In this document: positions 14,453 through 27,244 of the stretch, in pieces
Numbering within the stretch: the first letter of the stretch is position 1
How the letters are laid out: every line of letters begins with the position of its first letter
Assembly (NCBI GenBank): GCA_951406725.2
Contig: OX597817.1
Span: 168,640,001 to 168,704,000, forward strand
DNA from: Octopus vulgaris
Taxonomy: Eukaryota
Direction of reading: 5' to 3'
DNA: 64,000 nt
Translations under genes and position numbers: made by a program
Notes under the pieces: generated by a model
Seen by the model: only the letters and a program-made list of their open reading frames with translations
Told to the model about the DNA's origin: nothing
Databases searched by the model: none

Positions 14453-14687
14453 TTTGGTCCTGATATGACCGGTTTAAACACTAAAGGGTTAAATGTTAAA
14501 GGGTTACAAGGAAAGGGGAAGGATATGTAGCAGGATGTAAGTGATGGAAGTATGGGGAAGGGAGATATTCTATATGTACTAAATGAATCCTTTCCACTCA
14601 GTTGTGAGAGGCATGGCATGGTGATTAGAAGTGACGATGAGGTCATGAGAAGGTTCAGGTTAGACACAGCATTTAAGAGAATGGATT

Positions 14688-14902
14688 ACTCTTTACTCTC
14701 TTTACTTGTTTCAGTCATTTGACTGCAGCCATGCTGGAGTACCACCTTTAGTCGAGCAAATCAACCCCAGGACTTATTCTTTGTAAGCCTAGTACTTATT
14801 TTATCGGTCTCTTTTGCTGAACCGCTAAGTTATGGAGATGTAAACACACCAGCAGTGGTTGTCAAGCGATGTTGGGGAACAGACACACAAACAAACATAT
14901 AC

Positions 14903-14934
<32 letters not shown>

Positions 14935-15091
14935 ATGACGGGCTTCTTTCAGTTTCCGTCTACCAGATCCACTCACAAGGTCTTGGTTGGCCCGAGGCTA
15001 TAGTAGAAGACACTTGCCCAAGGTGTCATGCAGTGGAACTGAACCCAGAACCATGTGGTTGGTAAAAAAAGCTACTTACCACACAGCCACT
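14688..15091 (-). mobile_element. SINE family A
   Basis: Family match. Confidence 0.88.
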
Positions 15092-15099
15092 TGGCAATG

Positions 15100-15545
15100 A
15101 ATAGTGGGGTGTATATACAAAACAATAACCAAGGGAGGAGTATGTGTATTAAGCTTGTGCAGAAGATCAAGTCTTCTGCATTACCAAGCATCACCAGTTG
15201 ACATGAGCTTGTCATATTCTTCATTAGATGTAACATCTTGAGATCATTTATCATGACCTCATCCCAAGTCTTCCGCAATCATCCTCTTCCACAGATACCG
15301 TTCACTTTGAGCACTCGGTATTTGCATATGCAGCTGCCATCCTCCATTCGTATCACCAAACCCATATCAGCACAATCTCCTCCTCTCTACACTACACCTG
15401 ATCCCTGTTATATCTAGTTTATCTCCCACTTTGTTTACATTTTGCTGTTCATGTTCACTAACATGACACATCCAATGAAGCATGTTTCATTTTTTGCATT
15501 AAGGCTTAAATCTCGCTGCCATGTAGCAGTGCACTTCATGAACAA
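15100..15545 (-). pseudogene. Decayed RTE-clade LINE ORF2 C-terminal fragment
   Basis: Minus translation contains LRWMCHVS, GIRCSV and RKTWDEV...DLK; homologous to 46500-46987. Confidence 0.7.
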
Positions 15546-16299
15546 GGAATCATGCGATCTGTCACCTTTGTGTTTTCAAAAATGAAGTGGAAAGGTATTG
15601 TGCATGTCTGTAGCTAAAACCTCTACCTGCTACCGTAAAGCTGTCTGTAGTGAACCACGAAACAAAGTCAATGAATGTGTATAGAAATAATGTACACAAT
15701 GAAATTGCTGAAAGATGAACTATCCTTCCTTCCACTCTGGGTAATGGAGCACACATTTAAATATTCCTAAATTCCGAAAGCTATTTGTGGGGGGAAAAGG
15801 AGAAAAGAAAATCACAATCAAGTAATCCTGGAAGAAATCACCTTCTAAGTGCAGCTTTGGGAAACGTAACAATCCATGGCAAACAACATCAGTGTTGATA
15901 GTAATAATTTTTAACGTCGGCACAACAGCAGAAATTTGTGGGTTAGTGATCAGTCAATTATATTGATCCTCAGTACGAGACTGGTGTTTTATTTTATTGA
16001 CCTCAGTAGATGATAAAAGGCAAAACTGACCCCTGCGGGATTTAAACTCAGAATGTAAAGGACCGTAACTAAATACTGAAAGGCATTCTGTTTCATGTTC
16101 CAGTACTTCTGCCTAATCCACTACCCTAAAAATAATAACACCAACAATCTCATCAACAATAACAAATCTGTTTGTTCAAGCATTCTAAAATTAAAAAAAG
16201 AAAAAATAATTTTTTGTTTTCTATTTTAAAGCAGTTTTGGAACTAATAGAATGGAAATCATATTTTTCTCCCTTACAGTTTTTTGTGATAGTTCTTTGC

Positions 16300-16353
<54 letters not shown>

Positions 16354-16659
16354 CATCATCATAATAACAACACTGTTATTTTAATACCATTGTTTTCCAA
16401 ATCTGTTTATTACTGTTATGGTTGGACACTTGAAATCTGGAACATTGTCAGGTGATCTGTTTTCTACTAACCAAGCAAATCCATTGGTTGTTTGCTAACT
16501 CTTATATTCTACAGAGGATTAGTGGAGACCAAAAGTGTCAACAAAGATTAGTGGGGACTCTAAGTGTTAAAAATGTTCAAGTGAAGAATCTGTTCCAGAA
16601 ACTATGGACAACTTTCAGAAATCTCCAGCCTATCATTATTGGTTTAAAATATACACCAT

Positions 16660-17430
16660 AAGTATGACTATATGGTTAAGAAGCTTGTTTTGCAACCACA
16701 TGGCTTTGGGTTCAATCCTACTGTATGGCAGCTTGGGTAAATGTCTTCTATTATAACCCCAGACTGACTATTGACTTATGTGGGTGAGTTTGGTAAGCAG
16801 AAACTGTGTGGAAGCCTGTTGAGTGTGTGTGTGTGAGAGAGAGAGATTGAGTTTGTGTTCCCTCTCTGCCTGACAGCTGGTGTTGGTTTGTTTGCATCCC
16901 TGTAAGATAGCAGTCTGGCAAAAGAGACTGATGGAATAAGCACCAGACTTAAAAATTAGTACTGGGGTTGATTTGTCCAACAAAACTTTTTCATGGTGGT
17001 GCTCCAGCATGGCTGCAGTCCAGTGGCTGAAATAAGGAAAAGAAAAAATAGCTAAACTTGACTGAGTTACAGAATTTTGAAAGCATTTGACATATACTGC
17101 GTGGCATCTTGGGCAAGTGTCTTCTGCTATAGCCCCGGGCCGACCAATGCCTTGTGAGTGGATTTGGTAGACGGAAACTGAAAGAAGCCTGTCATATATA
17201 TGTATATATATATATAAGTGTGTGTGTCTGTGTTTGTCCCCCTAGTATTGCTTGACAACCGATGCTGGTGTGTTTACGTCCCCGTCACTTAGCGGTTTGG
17301 CAAAAGAGACCGATAGAATAAGTACTGGGCTTACAAAGAATAAGTCCTGGGGTCGATTTGCTTGACTAAAGGCGGTGCTCCAGCATGGCCGCAGTCAAAT
17401 GACTGAAGCAAGTAAAAGAGTAAAGAGTAA
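16660..17430 (+). mobile_element. Two SINE family A copies (old 16660-17045; young, 5'-truncated 17096-17430)
   Basis: Family match. Confidence 0.8.
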
Positions 17431-17448
17431 ACCTGTTCAGTGTCCAAG

Positions 17449-17700
17449 GAGGAGCGTGGCTTAGTGGTTAGGGGTGTTGGACTCAGGATCGTAAGATTGT
17501 GGTTTTGATTTCCTAGACTGGGTGATGTGTTGTGTTCTTGAATAAAACATCTCCTTTCCTGTTGCTCCAGTTCAATGAGCTGCCAAAAGTGAATATTCTT
17601 GCGACGGACCAGCATCCCATCTAGGTGAGGAATTTATACATCATGGAAACCGAGAAACCGGCCCTTGTGAGTCGCCATGACTCAAGGAAGTAACTTTAAC
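17449..17700 (+). mobile_element. tRNA/CORE-like SINE with a different tail (GCGACGGACCAGCATCCCATC)
   Basis: GTGGCTTAGTGGTTAG head; TTCAGTGTCCAAG duplicated on both sides. Confidence 0.7.
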
Positions 17701-18181
17701 TATTCAGTGTCCAAGAATTATTAACTTGTGAAGTTATGTCACATGTGGGACAGATCCAGCTTTCAGCCGAATCCATCAAGAAAATTTCTCTGATGTCTCT
17801 GTCACCTTCCTTTGTTTCGAGAGGAAGAACTGTTGTTCTCCAGTGAATAAAGGTGGGTGAGAGGCTTATATGGGTGGGCTTACTTTCATCACACACTTGT
17901 ACGCTAGAGAACGAAATTGGGAGAAGGCACTTTCTCTTGATAATCAGGATAAACCTGGATCTCTTTCGGTGGTGGTGATTATGGTAGGAAGGTGCTTTGA
18001 TTGCTTCTAAGTGCCATCCCTTTATTGGAATGTCTTATTCTATTCATTTTGTATGCTGTTGTTTTCCAAATCTTTTTTCCAACTTTTTTTTTATATAATC
18101 AATTCTGTATAAACCCCAACACAATTTTTATAATTTATCCTTGTAATGTTCCCCCCGTCCATCATCCTTGTTAGAAATGTT

Positions 18182-18234
18182 TATTACTATTATTATTATT
18201 GTTATTGTTGTTGTTACTGTTACTATTATTATCC

Positions 18235-18274
<40 letters not shown>

Positions 18275-18280
18275 GATGGA

Positions 18281-18358
<78 letters not shown>

Positions 18359-18458
18359 ATTATTATTATTGTTATTATTATTATTATTATTGTTATTATT
18401 ATTGTTATTATTATTATTATTATTGTTATTATTATTATTATTATTATTGTTATTATTA

Positions 18459-18492
<34 letters not shown>

Positions 18493-18494
18493 CA

Positions 18495-18548
<54 letters not shown>

Positions 18549-18563
18549 GCATTACATTATTAT
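18182..18563. repeat. (ATT)n/(GTT)n microsatellite
   Basis: Direct. Confidence 0.98.
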
Positions 18564-18943
18564 TGATAACGGCATCCCATTTTCTAATTTTATATTTGAG
18601 AATCAATTTAGTTGCTGTCATTTTTTTTGTGGCCTCTTTTCTTTTTTTAGAGATTTTTATTGCAAGTCATGCTGCTTCTCAGATTGTCAATAAAATATTT
18701 CTAAAAATTTAATTATTTTTGAATTTGTGAAGAAATTAAGTGTTAGTAATTATCCTTTATAAAATTTGCAGTATTTTTTTTTTCAAATTCTTTTCTCATT
18801 TTATTTGTTGTTGATTTCTTGTTCACTTTGATATCCAGCTTATCAAATCCCATTATATATATTTGTGGATCGATATAAATACTCCTGGAACATCCCTGCT
18901 CCCTTGTTCTTATAATTATTATTCAATATGCTGGATGTAATTG

Positions 18944-19005
<62 letters not shown>

Positions 19006-19044
19006 GTATGTATATATATATATATATACACACACACATGTATG

Positions 19045-19132
<88 letters not shown>

Positions 19133-19899
19133 GTATGTATATATATATATATATATATACACACACATTGTAAGTATGTATGTATATTGAAGTAAAGTAT
19201 GCCATGTTATATCATGCGTACCAAACGAAGCCAAAATGTACCAAACTCTATCTTGGCTAGGCATCAATTTGTAATGAATGTTGAAACAAACTAAGCATGA
19301 ACTATGTTAAACCTCACCATTTCCAGGAGGTGGGTCTGAGAAACCAATCAGTACATCCGCTCCTTGGGCTAACCAACTTTAAAAACAAAAAAATGAAAAA
19401 AATCTTGTATGGTTACATTCAAATATAACTTCCCTTCTCATTCTGTTACACAATCAGAAGAAGTAATTAACCTAATATTACCAAAGAATGTTAACGAATG
19501 TAAACAAAAGGAATACTTCCGCATATGTTTTATCTTCTCCACGTTTAAGTCATTGTACTCTGGCCATGCTAGTGCACCACCATGAAGGGGTTTAGCCACA
19601 GGAATTTGACTCCAATACTTATTTGATCTGTCTGTTTTACCAAACTGCTAAGGTATTGGGACATAAGCAAACCAACAATGTTTGTCAGTTGGTAGAGAAC
19701 AGACATAAATACAAACACACACACACACACACACACACTCATACACACAAGATTAGCTGCTCTCTACCAAATCCACTCACAAGGCTTTGGTTGTCTAGAG
19801 CTATCTTTAAAGACGCTTGCCCAAAGTGCCCTGCATTGGGACTGAACCTGAAACCATGTGGTTGGGAATGAAATTTATCGCACAGCAATACCTGTGCCT

Positions 19900-20672
19900 A
19901 TCATCATCATCATCATCATCATCGTTTAACGTCCGCTTTCCATGCTGGCATGGGTTGGATGGTTCAACTGGGGTCTGGCAAGCCCGAAGGCTGCACCAGG
20001 CCAGTCAGATCTGGCAGTGTTTCTACAGCTGGATGCCCTTCCTAACGCCAACCACTCCGAGAGTGTAGTGGGTGATTTTATGTGCCACCGACACAGGTGC
20101 CAGACGAGGCTAGCAGACGGCCACGCTCGGATGGTGTTTTTTATGTGCCACCGACACAGGTGCCAGACGAGGCTGGCAGACGGCCACGCTCGGATGGTGT
20201 TTTTTATGTGCCACCGACACAGGTGCCAGATGAGGCTGGCAGACGGCCACGCTCGGATGGTGTTTTTATATGCCACCGACACAGGTGCCAGACGAGGCTG
20301 GCAGACGGCCACGCTCGGATGGTGTTTTTATGTGCCACCGACACAGATGCCAGACGAGGCTGGCGAATGGCCACGATCGGATGGTGTTTTTATGTGCCAC
20401 CGACACAGGTGCCAGACGAGGCTGGCAGACGGCCACGCTCGGATGGTGTTTTTTATGTGCCACCGACACAGATGCCAGACGAGGCTGGCAGACGGCCACG
20501 CTCGGATGGTGTTTTTTATGTGCCACCGACACAGGTGCCAGACGAGGCTGGCGAATGGCCACGATCGGATGGTGTTTGTTACGTGCCCACAGCACGGAGG
20601 CCAGCCGATACGGTACTGGCTACGGCCACGTTCGGATGGTTTTCTTATGTGCCACCGGCACTGGTACCACAA
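19900..20672 (-). mobile_element. Family D element with an expanded array of 62-63-bp units
   Basis: Eight near-identical units from 20081 plus two diverged ones; (CAT)n tail at 19900-19923. Confidence 0.9.
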
Positions 20673-21589
20673 GGATATATATGTAGTTATTATTTACACC
20701 TATTTTGTATTACTATGATAATCCCCAATACTGTTATAACTGCCAGTAGTACTATAGTTACCAATGATTACTAAAGCCAATAGTATTAATGACCAAAGCC
20801 CCATTTACAACTCTAGCCAATGTTGTTAACTACAACAACAACTTTAGCCAATATGCAGTCATAGGCCTGCTAGAAATAGCAACTAAATCTCCCTCAGATT
20901 ACACCCTACTGTCTTAAATTGGAAGAATATACAGGATGATGTTAGTTCCAAAACATAATAATATTGGCTTGGGCAAATGATGGAATGGTGATGGGCAGAG
21001 AGTCTTTGATCAGAGGTCTAGACATGGGAATAATCAACATATGTAGCCATTCATACTAAGTACTATAACTTCTACTAACTACTATAGCCACTAACATTGA
21101 GTAAGATAACTGCATGAGTTACCTAGGAAGCCTCTGCATGGTTATTCAACCAGCTAGAAATAGCAGCCAAATTTCCTTCTTATCATAAACTCATTAACAT
21201 CATCAGGTATTGACTGCTTTCAACAGGTTAAATACTATGGATCATCATCTTGGGCTTTCTTATCTCAAACTGCAATACTCTCTCATCTTAAAGAAAGTGG
21301 AGAAATATTACCTTGCTTGGAAATAGGTGAGGGTTGGTGATAGGAAGGGTATCCAACTGAAGGAAACCTGCCTCAATGAATTGTCTGACCCATGCAAGCA
21401 AGAAAAATTAGACATTAAATGATGATAATGAAGATGATGATGATATTGATGATACACAAACTTACACAGTTTGACTAAGCCATTACTGGGAAAACTTTGG
21501 AGTCAATGTCATCACGCTACAATAAGTATCTATGAATATGTTGATACATGTGTATGTGTGTGTGTTCATGCAAATATGTATTTACATAT

Positions 21590-21893
21590 CTTCCTTCTTC
21601 TTGATGCCTTTAACCCTCCAACGCGGAGTATAGGCCACTTATAGTTGAATTCCGTGTCGCATCATTTTTTGCTTCTGTACTTATACTCTGCCATGAATAT
21701 CCCCCTTTCTCTAGTTTCTTTTGTGTTGATCTCCGCCACGAGTTCTTAGGCCAACCTCTCCTTCTATATCCATCCGGTTTCCACTGTAAAGCACTTTTCA
21801 CTACATTTGGTGTGTCTTTTCTAATTGTGCTACCAATCCACTTCCCACTTTTTCGTAAATATTTGCTCCCTAATCGAAACTTCATTTGTTCTT
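21590..21893 (-). pseudogene. 5'-truncated RTE-clade LINE 3' end
   Basis: KWIGSTIRK...ALQWKPDGYRRRGWPKNSWRR matches the RTE WxGHxxR...W.P.G.R.RGRPK.TW motif; (AAG)n tail; TSD TGTATTTACATAT at 21577-21589 and 21894-21906. Confidence 0.88.
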
Positions 21894-22149
21894 TGTATTT
21901 ACATATATTTGTATTTACATATATCTGTAAATATTCATAATTGTTCAGACTTCACTAGTGCTGGTGCCAAATGAAAAGCACCCAGTCCAGACTGTAAAGT
22001 GGTCGGCATTAGGAAGGGCGTCTAGCCATAGAAACCATACCAAAACAGACAGTGGAGTTTGGTGCAGTCCTCTGGCTTGCCAGCTACTGTCAAGCCATCC
22101 AACCCATGCCAGCATGGAAAATGGATGTTAAATGATGATGATGTTTAGT

Positions 22150-23000
22150 GCATCCACTCCTCCATCCATCTTCTTCACCCACTGGTCATGAAAGGGTCAT
22201 GGAGATAGTGTCCTCAGGCATCTTCACCATAGCACCCTATCAAGCAACCATCTTCTTCTTCTTCTTCTTACAGCATTCACCCGGGGTGGGTTGAGCTGGC
22301 TTCATTCATCCTCAATACTGCATCTCTCACAAACGCCAACCAGACATGGCGATTTGAGGCTAATGACTGCGTGATCTCCAACCACTCCTTATTCTAGTGG
22401 TGAACGCCGTAGATATGGGAGCCTAGGTTGGGTTCCAGATCGGCCTTGACTGTCATCAGACAGGTTTTTCGTTGTCCACCACATCGCTTTCGCCAACCCT
22501 GAAGGGGAGATGGGGCAATTGCTTCGTAGATGAATTCTTCTGGTTGACGACGGAGGGCATAACCCAGCCAACGCAGACGTCTCGTTAGAATGACTTGTCA
22601 GAGGGAGGTGATTTTGCACTGGTGTTGCACCAATTCCTAGAGTGGCCCATGTTATTACTGCCACTTCTCACAATATCAGTGAAATGACCCCTCTTGCAAT
22701 TGCTTCTTAGATGAATTCTCCTGGTTGACGATGGAGGGCATGACCCAGCTAATGCAGACGTTTCGTTAAGAACCATCATTATGCTTTCCTGCTGGATTTC
22801 CAAGTATGACCAACTGAGGCTATGGATATTATCCAACCATTACATTCTTTGTCTACCTGGAGAATCCATCTTGCAATTCTTTTCTGTGACATTCTAATCA
22901 TATGTTCATAACACCAGAGCTTCTCAATGTGGAGAAATAGCAGCTCAACCTGCATGTGTAGTATTTGAATTGATTGAATGACAGTGTCAGATAGAATGCT
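22150..23000 (-). pseudogene. Old Expander/Rex3-like RTE 3' fragment (22150-22250 and 22775-23000) split by a younger LINE
   Basis: VELLFLHIEKLWCYEHMIRM resembles Expander VEPLLLHIERSQLRWxGHxIRM; GAAGATGGATGG tail. Confidence 0.6.
22253..22770 (-). pseudogene. RTE-clade LINE 3' end with a duplicated ~70-bp segment at its 5' junction
   Basis: RRLRWLGYALRR...GWRKRCGGQRKT...VKADLEP...YG...KEWLE...EASSTHPG* in a stop-containing frame absent from the ORF track; (AAG)n tail; AACCATC duplication. Confidence 0.85.
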
Positions 23001-23667
23001 TTGCACATATTTCCCTTACTGCCTGGTCTCTGAGTTCAAATCCTATGAAAGTTTACTTTGTTTTTCAGACCTTTGGAGGTCAATAAAATAAAATACAAAT
23101 CAATTATTGCTTTGATGATTTTGAGTTGCCCCTCCTCTCAAAAGTTGCTGGCCTTATGCCTGTGTTTGAGACAAAGCAGTGTGTGTGTGTGTGTGTGTGT
23201 GTTTGTGATTGAATACTTGTGTGTAGGTGAGTGTATGAATGTATGTGTGAGTATTTGAAAATGTGTTTAACAGTATGATGTTATACATATGTATGTATAC
23301 ATGTATGTGTGTATATGTCAGATATGTGTGTAAGAGTGTCTGTAAATTTGTGCATGTGTCTGTATTTGTATGCACATGAGTTTATGCTTTTATGTTTATA
23401 CATACATGTGTGTGTGTAAGTGTAAGGTGTATATATATGAAAGTGTGTGTGTAAGTGTAAGGTGTATATATATGAAAGTGTGTGTGTAAGTGTAAGGTGT
23501 ATATATATGAAAGTGTGTGCCTGACTCTGTGCAAATGTACATAAAGGGTAAATTCAGGAATCGAAAGAAAATGGTGATGTTCTGTGTCAGCATCTATTAG
23601 TCAGTAGGAGGGTTAGATGTCTTCATTTACCACTTGGAATACAGAAACTAATGCTCCAGGCCTTGTC

Positions 23668-23700
23668 ACTTACCTGAGAGCGAGAAAAGGAAATAGAAGT
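23668..23700 (-). promoter_or_regulatory. Candidate recursive splice site (pyrimidine tract-CAG|GTAAGT)
   Basis: Minus strand ACTTCTATTTCCTTTTCTCGCTCT-CAG|GTAAGT; 21 of 24 nt pyrimidine, then a full-consensus donor. Confidence 0.5.
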
Positions 23701-23809
23701 GGGTGGTGATTTTTTTTCCTCCTTTCCTCAATCTCAAATGATGGGCAAGTCCTGAAACTTCTACGTATCTCATGACAGAACTTAGGTTCTACGTATCTCC
23801 TATCCAACT

Positions 23810-24681
23810 GTCATGTGTGTGTGTGTGTGTGTGTGTGCGCATGTATGTGTGTGGATAAGTGTGTGTTGATATGGTACACATATAAGGGTGTGTATAAGTG
23901 TATGTAAATGCATGTGTCTGTGGTATACATATAAGGGTATGTACAGATCTATGCGTGCCTGGATGAGTGTGTAAATGTATGTATCTATGGCATACTTGAG
24001 GCTGTGTATGCGTCTCTGCATATGTATATGAATCTATGTATCCATGTGTGGAGATATGTATGTGTATGATAAAAGCGTGTATGGGTCTATGCATGTGTGT
24101 GTGTATGATATACATGCAAGAGTATATATAATCCAGTGCATGTGTATATGTGTGTGTATGATATATATGAAAGATTGTGTATGAGTCTATGCATGTGTTT
24201 GTATCCACCTGCATATAAGGTATACATGTAAGAATATGCATAAACTTATGCATATCTCTGAATGCATATGTGTCTGTATGAGTCTGTGCAAATGTATGTA
24301 TACCCAAATGTGACATGCATGTAAGAGTGTATATGACTTTATGAATATGTATACATGTATATGTATATTCATAAACATGTATATATATATTATGTATATG
24401 ATCATCTATGTATATATGTATATGCAAGTGCATATACAACATGCATTTAAGAATCTATATGAATCATGCAGGCATGTGTATACATATGTGTATACATGAG
24501 TGTGTATGATATACAAGTGTGTATATGAGTCTGTAATTGTGTATATACTACACGTGTGTCAGATATACATATAAGAATGTGTATGAATCATTCTTATGTT
24601 TATATATGTGTATATGTATGCATAATATACCTGTATGTGTGTATGAGTTTATGCATGTGTGTATGTGAAATACATGTAAGA

Positions 24682-24713
<32 letters not shown>

Positions 24714-24720
24714 GTAATGT
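23810..24720. repeat. Degenerate (TG)/(TA) low-complexity tract
   Basis: Direct. Confidence 0.85.
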
Positions 24721-25963
24721 GTAAGAATAAATGAATAACACAAGAAATGAATGTTTTTCTCTTCTTGTTAAGGAAAATTGTGCCTGCAGCTGCTTGGGCA
24801 ATTATTTCGGTGTGTGTCAGCCATCATCAATGTAAATAGGCATCATTGTCTGGCATCTGCATCAGAAGAGACATTCTACATAGACATCGCTCTACATTAT
24901 CTCATTTCAGGCTTTCATCTATTAATTTTAATAACAGTAAGAACCACAACCACACAAGTAGCATCAGCATCAGCAACAACAACAACAACAACAACAATTA
25001 TATCAAAAGCTATGGCAGTGATAGTAAATTAACTCTTCAGCCCTACTTGCAGATCTCCAACACACTTCTTACACTTCTTCTCCAAACTATTGCTTGCCCC
25101 AAACATTAGAACTCTTTTCTCTCCGTAGCTCATAAAATTATTCCTTTTTGGCAACTTTTAACTCTTTTGATTCCAATTTGCCTGAAATTGCTTTTGGTTC
25201 TGTAATGCAAGCTGTGTATTTTAATGTGGTCTAAATTAAAACCAACAGAGATGCAGCATGAAGTTTTGTCAGTGAACAGGTCACGGTCTCAAAGCGAGGA
25301 AAATATTTTGACAAATTAAATTTAAATGTTAAAGTGAATCTAACGGTTTTTGCGTGTTTCTTAAATGGCTTATAAACACCTTCCACGCTGCAATTGTTTT
25401 CTTTCCAGCACACGATCTCAGATCAGGTCACTTGCTATGCAAGTACATCTCCGTAATGAATTAAAACCATTCATTGTAATTTCATGTTAATTTATGTTTG
25501 AAATACCCAGGTGATGAACTGGTGGAATTGTTAACATGCTGGGTAATATGCTTTAGGGTACTTCACCTGTCTTAACACTCTGGGTTCAAATTCTGCTGAG
25601 GCTGATTTTGCCTTTCATCCTTTTGGGGTCAATAAAATGAGCACCAGTCAAACACTGGAGATGATCTAATTGACTTACTCCTCCCCTAAATTTCTCGGCC
25701 TTGTGCCAAAATTTGAAATTAATTTATGTTTCGTATACTTGCTTAATAAGGACAAAGTAATTTTACTGCATTCTTCATTCATTATCTTTAAAATTAATTG
25801 AGTCAAAATTAGCACATTTCAATAGAAATTTGGTAACAAAAGTTATAATTTTACAGACTATTAACCTCATCTTTGAAATATATAATGTATTTGATGATGA
25901 TGATGGTGACTTAGAATATGTCATAAGAATTTAGAAATTTTGAGGGAATGTGAAATGGTTCTT

Positions 25964-26186
25964 TTTTTAACTGTGGAACTCAAAGTAGGTAAAGTTATGA
26001 ATAATATTGGGCTAAAAATCTTTAGGATAGAAAAAGTTGAAGGTTGCCTGTGGGACATGAACCCACATCTTCTATAAACATGATAAACCACAGGCAGCCT
26101 TTGAATTTTTTGTTTGAAGGGTTTTTACCCAATATTTATATGCTGTAATTTAAAGCTTTATCTACTTCGAGTTTCACAGTTAAAAA
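25964..26186. repeat. Fold-back inverted-repeat element
   Basis: TTTTTAACTGTGGAACTCAAAGTAGGTAAAG / CTTTATCTACTTCGAGTTTCACAGTTAAAAA; inner AAGGTTGCCTGTGG / CCACAGGCAGCCTT. Confidence 0.75.
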
Positions 26187-26528
26187 TGAGTTATATTTAG
26201 TAAGATTCTTCTGAGTTCAAATCCTGCTAAGGTTGACTTTGCATTTCATTCTTGTGAGTTTCATGAAATCAGTACCAGTTGCGCATTGGCTCATCTGACT
26301 GAATCCGTTATATCCATCCATCCATTCCAACAAATTTTAGTCCTTGGCTTTAAGTTAGAAACCAGTATTTATATCTACACCACTTTACAGTCGGTTTGTT
26401 TACCAAGCCTTATTCCTGATATGTACATGGTTCCACACTAGATTTAAACTAGGAAATAAGAATAAAAACCCTTGATAATCATCAGTGACAGAGCTGATCA
26501 AAATGTAGTTTAGAAATAAATACTTTAA

Positions 26529-26747
26529 CCCTTTAGTATTTAAACCGGCCATATCTGGCCAAAACAGCTAATCTGTTTTATGTTCAAACTGACCAGATCC
26601 AGGCCCTCACACCTACCCTACAATGTTATTCTACATTAAATAATTACACCATCAAGATCTTGAAGATATGAGATAATGCATGATTAATTCAAATCAATGG
26701 GAATCAATAGGCATTATGTTTGATTGAATAATCTGAACACTAAAGGG
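26529..26747. mobile_element. piggyBac-like MITE, family 1
   Basis: TTAA|CCCTTTAGTATTTA ... TGAACACTAAAGGG|TTAA. Confidence 0.88.
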
Positions 26748-26827
26748 TTAAATAGATGAGTTAGATATTCAAGATGAAAATAATTTTCATGATTTCAAAT
26801 GTAGTCTATAAGGCCAAATATTGGAAC

Positions 26828-27244
26828 CCTTTTGATACAATTCTGTCTGAGATATGATCCAAATTTTCTGTTTTAAAGGGATCTAAATTATAACCTTCCA
26901 TCACAATTTCATGTTCATTTGTTTCAAACACCAATTTAGTAATGACAAATTTATTTTACTAAATTCTTCCTTATTTTCAATATCAATTTAAATGATTCAA
27001 ATATAGTAGCAAAAGGATTAACCCTTTCATTACTGTATTTCTGTTGAGATGCTCTGTGTTTCTTTCAATTACTTTAAATATAATAAAAGAATTTAGTAAA
27101 ATAACTTAGTTATCATTAAGCTGGTGTTAGGAACCATAAATTGTGATTAAAGTCTGGTGGAAGGTTTTTATTCAAAACTTGTGAAAACAAGACATTTATA
27201 CTGAAGAATCAGAACCAGTTTCAGCTGGGTTGGTAACAAAAGGG
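26828..27244. mobile_element. Two piggyBac-like MITEs, family 2, inverted and sharing one TTAA (26828-27017, 27022-27244)
   Basis: TTAA|CCCTTTCATTAC ... GTAACAAAAGGG|TTAA; internal sequences are approximate reverse complements; a third, interrupted copy at ~25158-25848. Confidence 0.78.

Larger units (their letters stand above)
13225..14488. mobile_element. Tandem dimer of a piggyBac-like MITE with two nested insertions
   Basis: TTAA|CCCCTTAG ... CTAAAGGG|TTAA; both monomers match the reverse complement of 26529-26747; second monomer starts ~13826. Confidence 0.75.

Noticed and set aside
19942-20774. 258-aa and 230-aa repetitive ORFs, and a CRISPR-like appearance
   Set aside because: Tandem 62-63-bp units of a dispersed retroelement; no unique spacers, no cas genes, animal context
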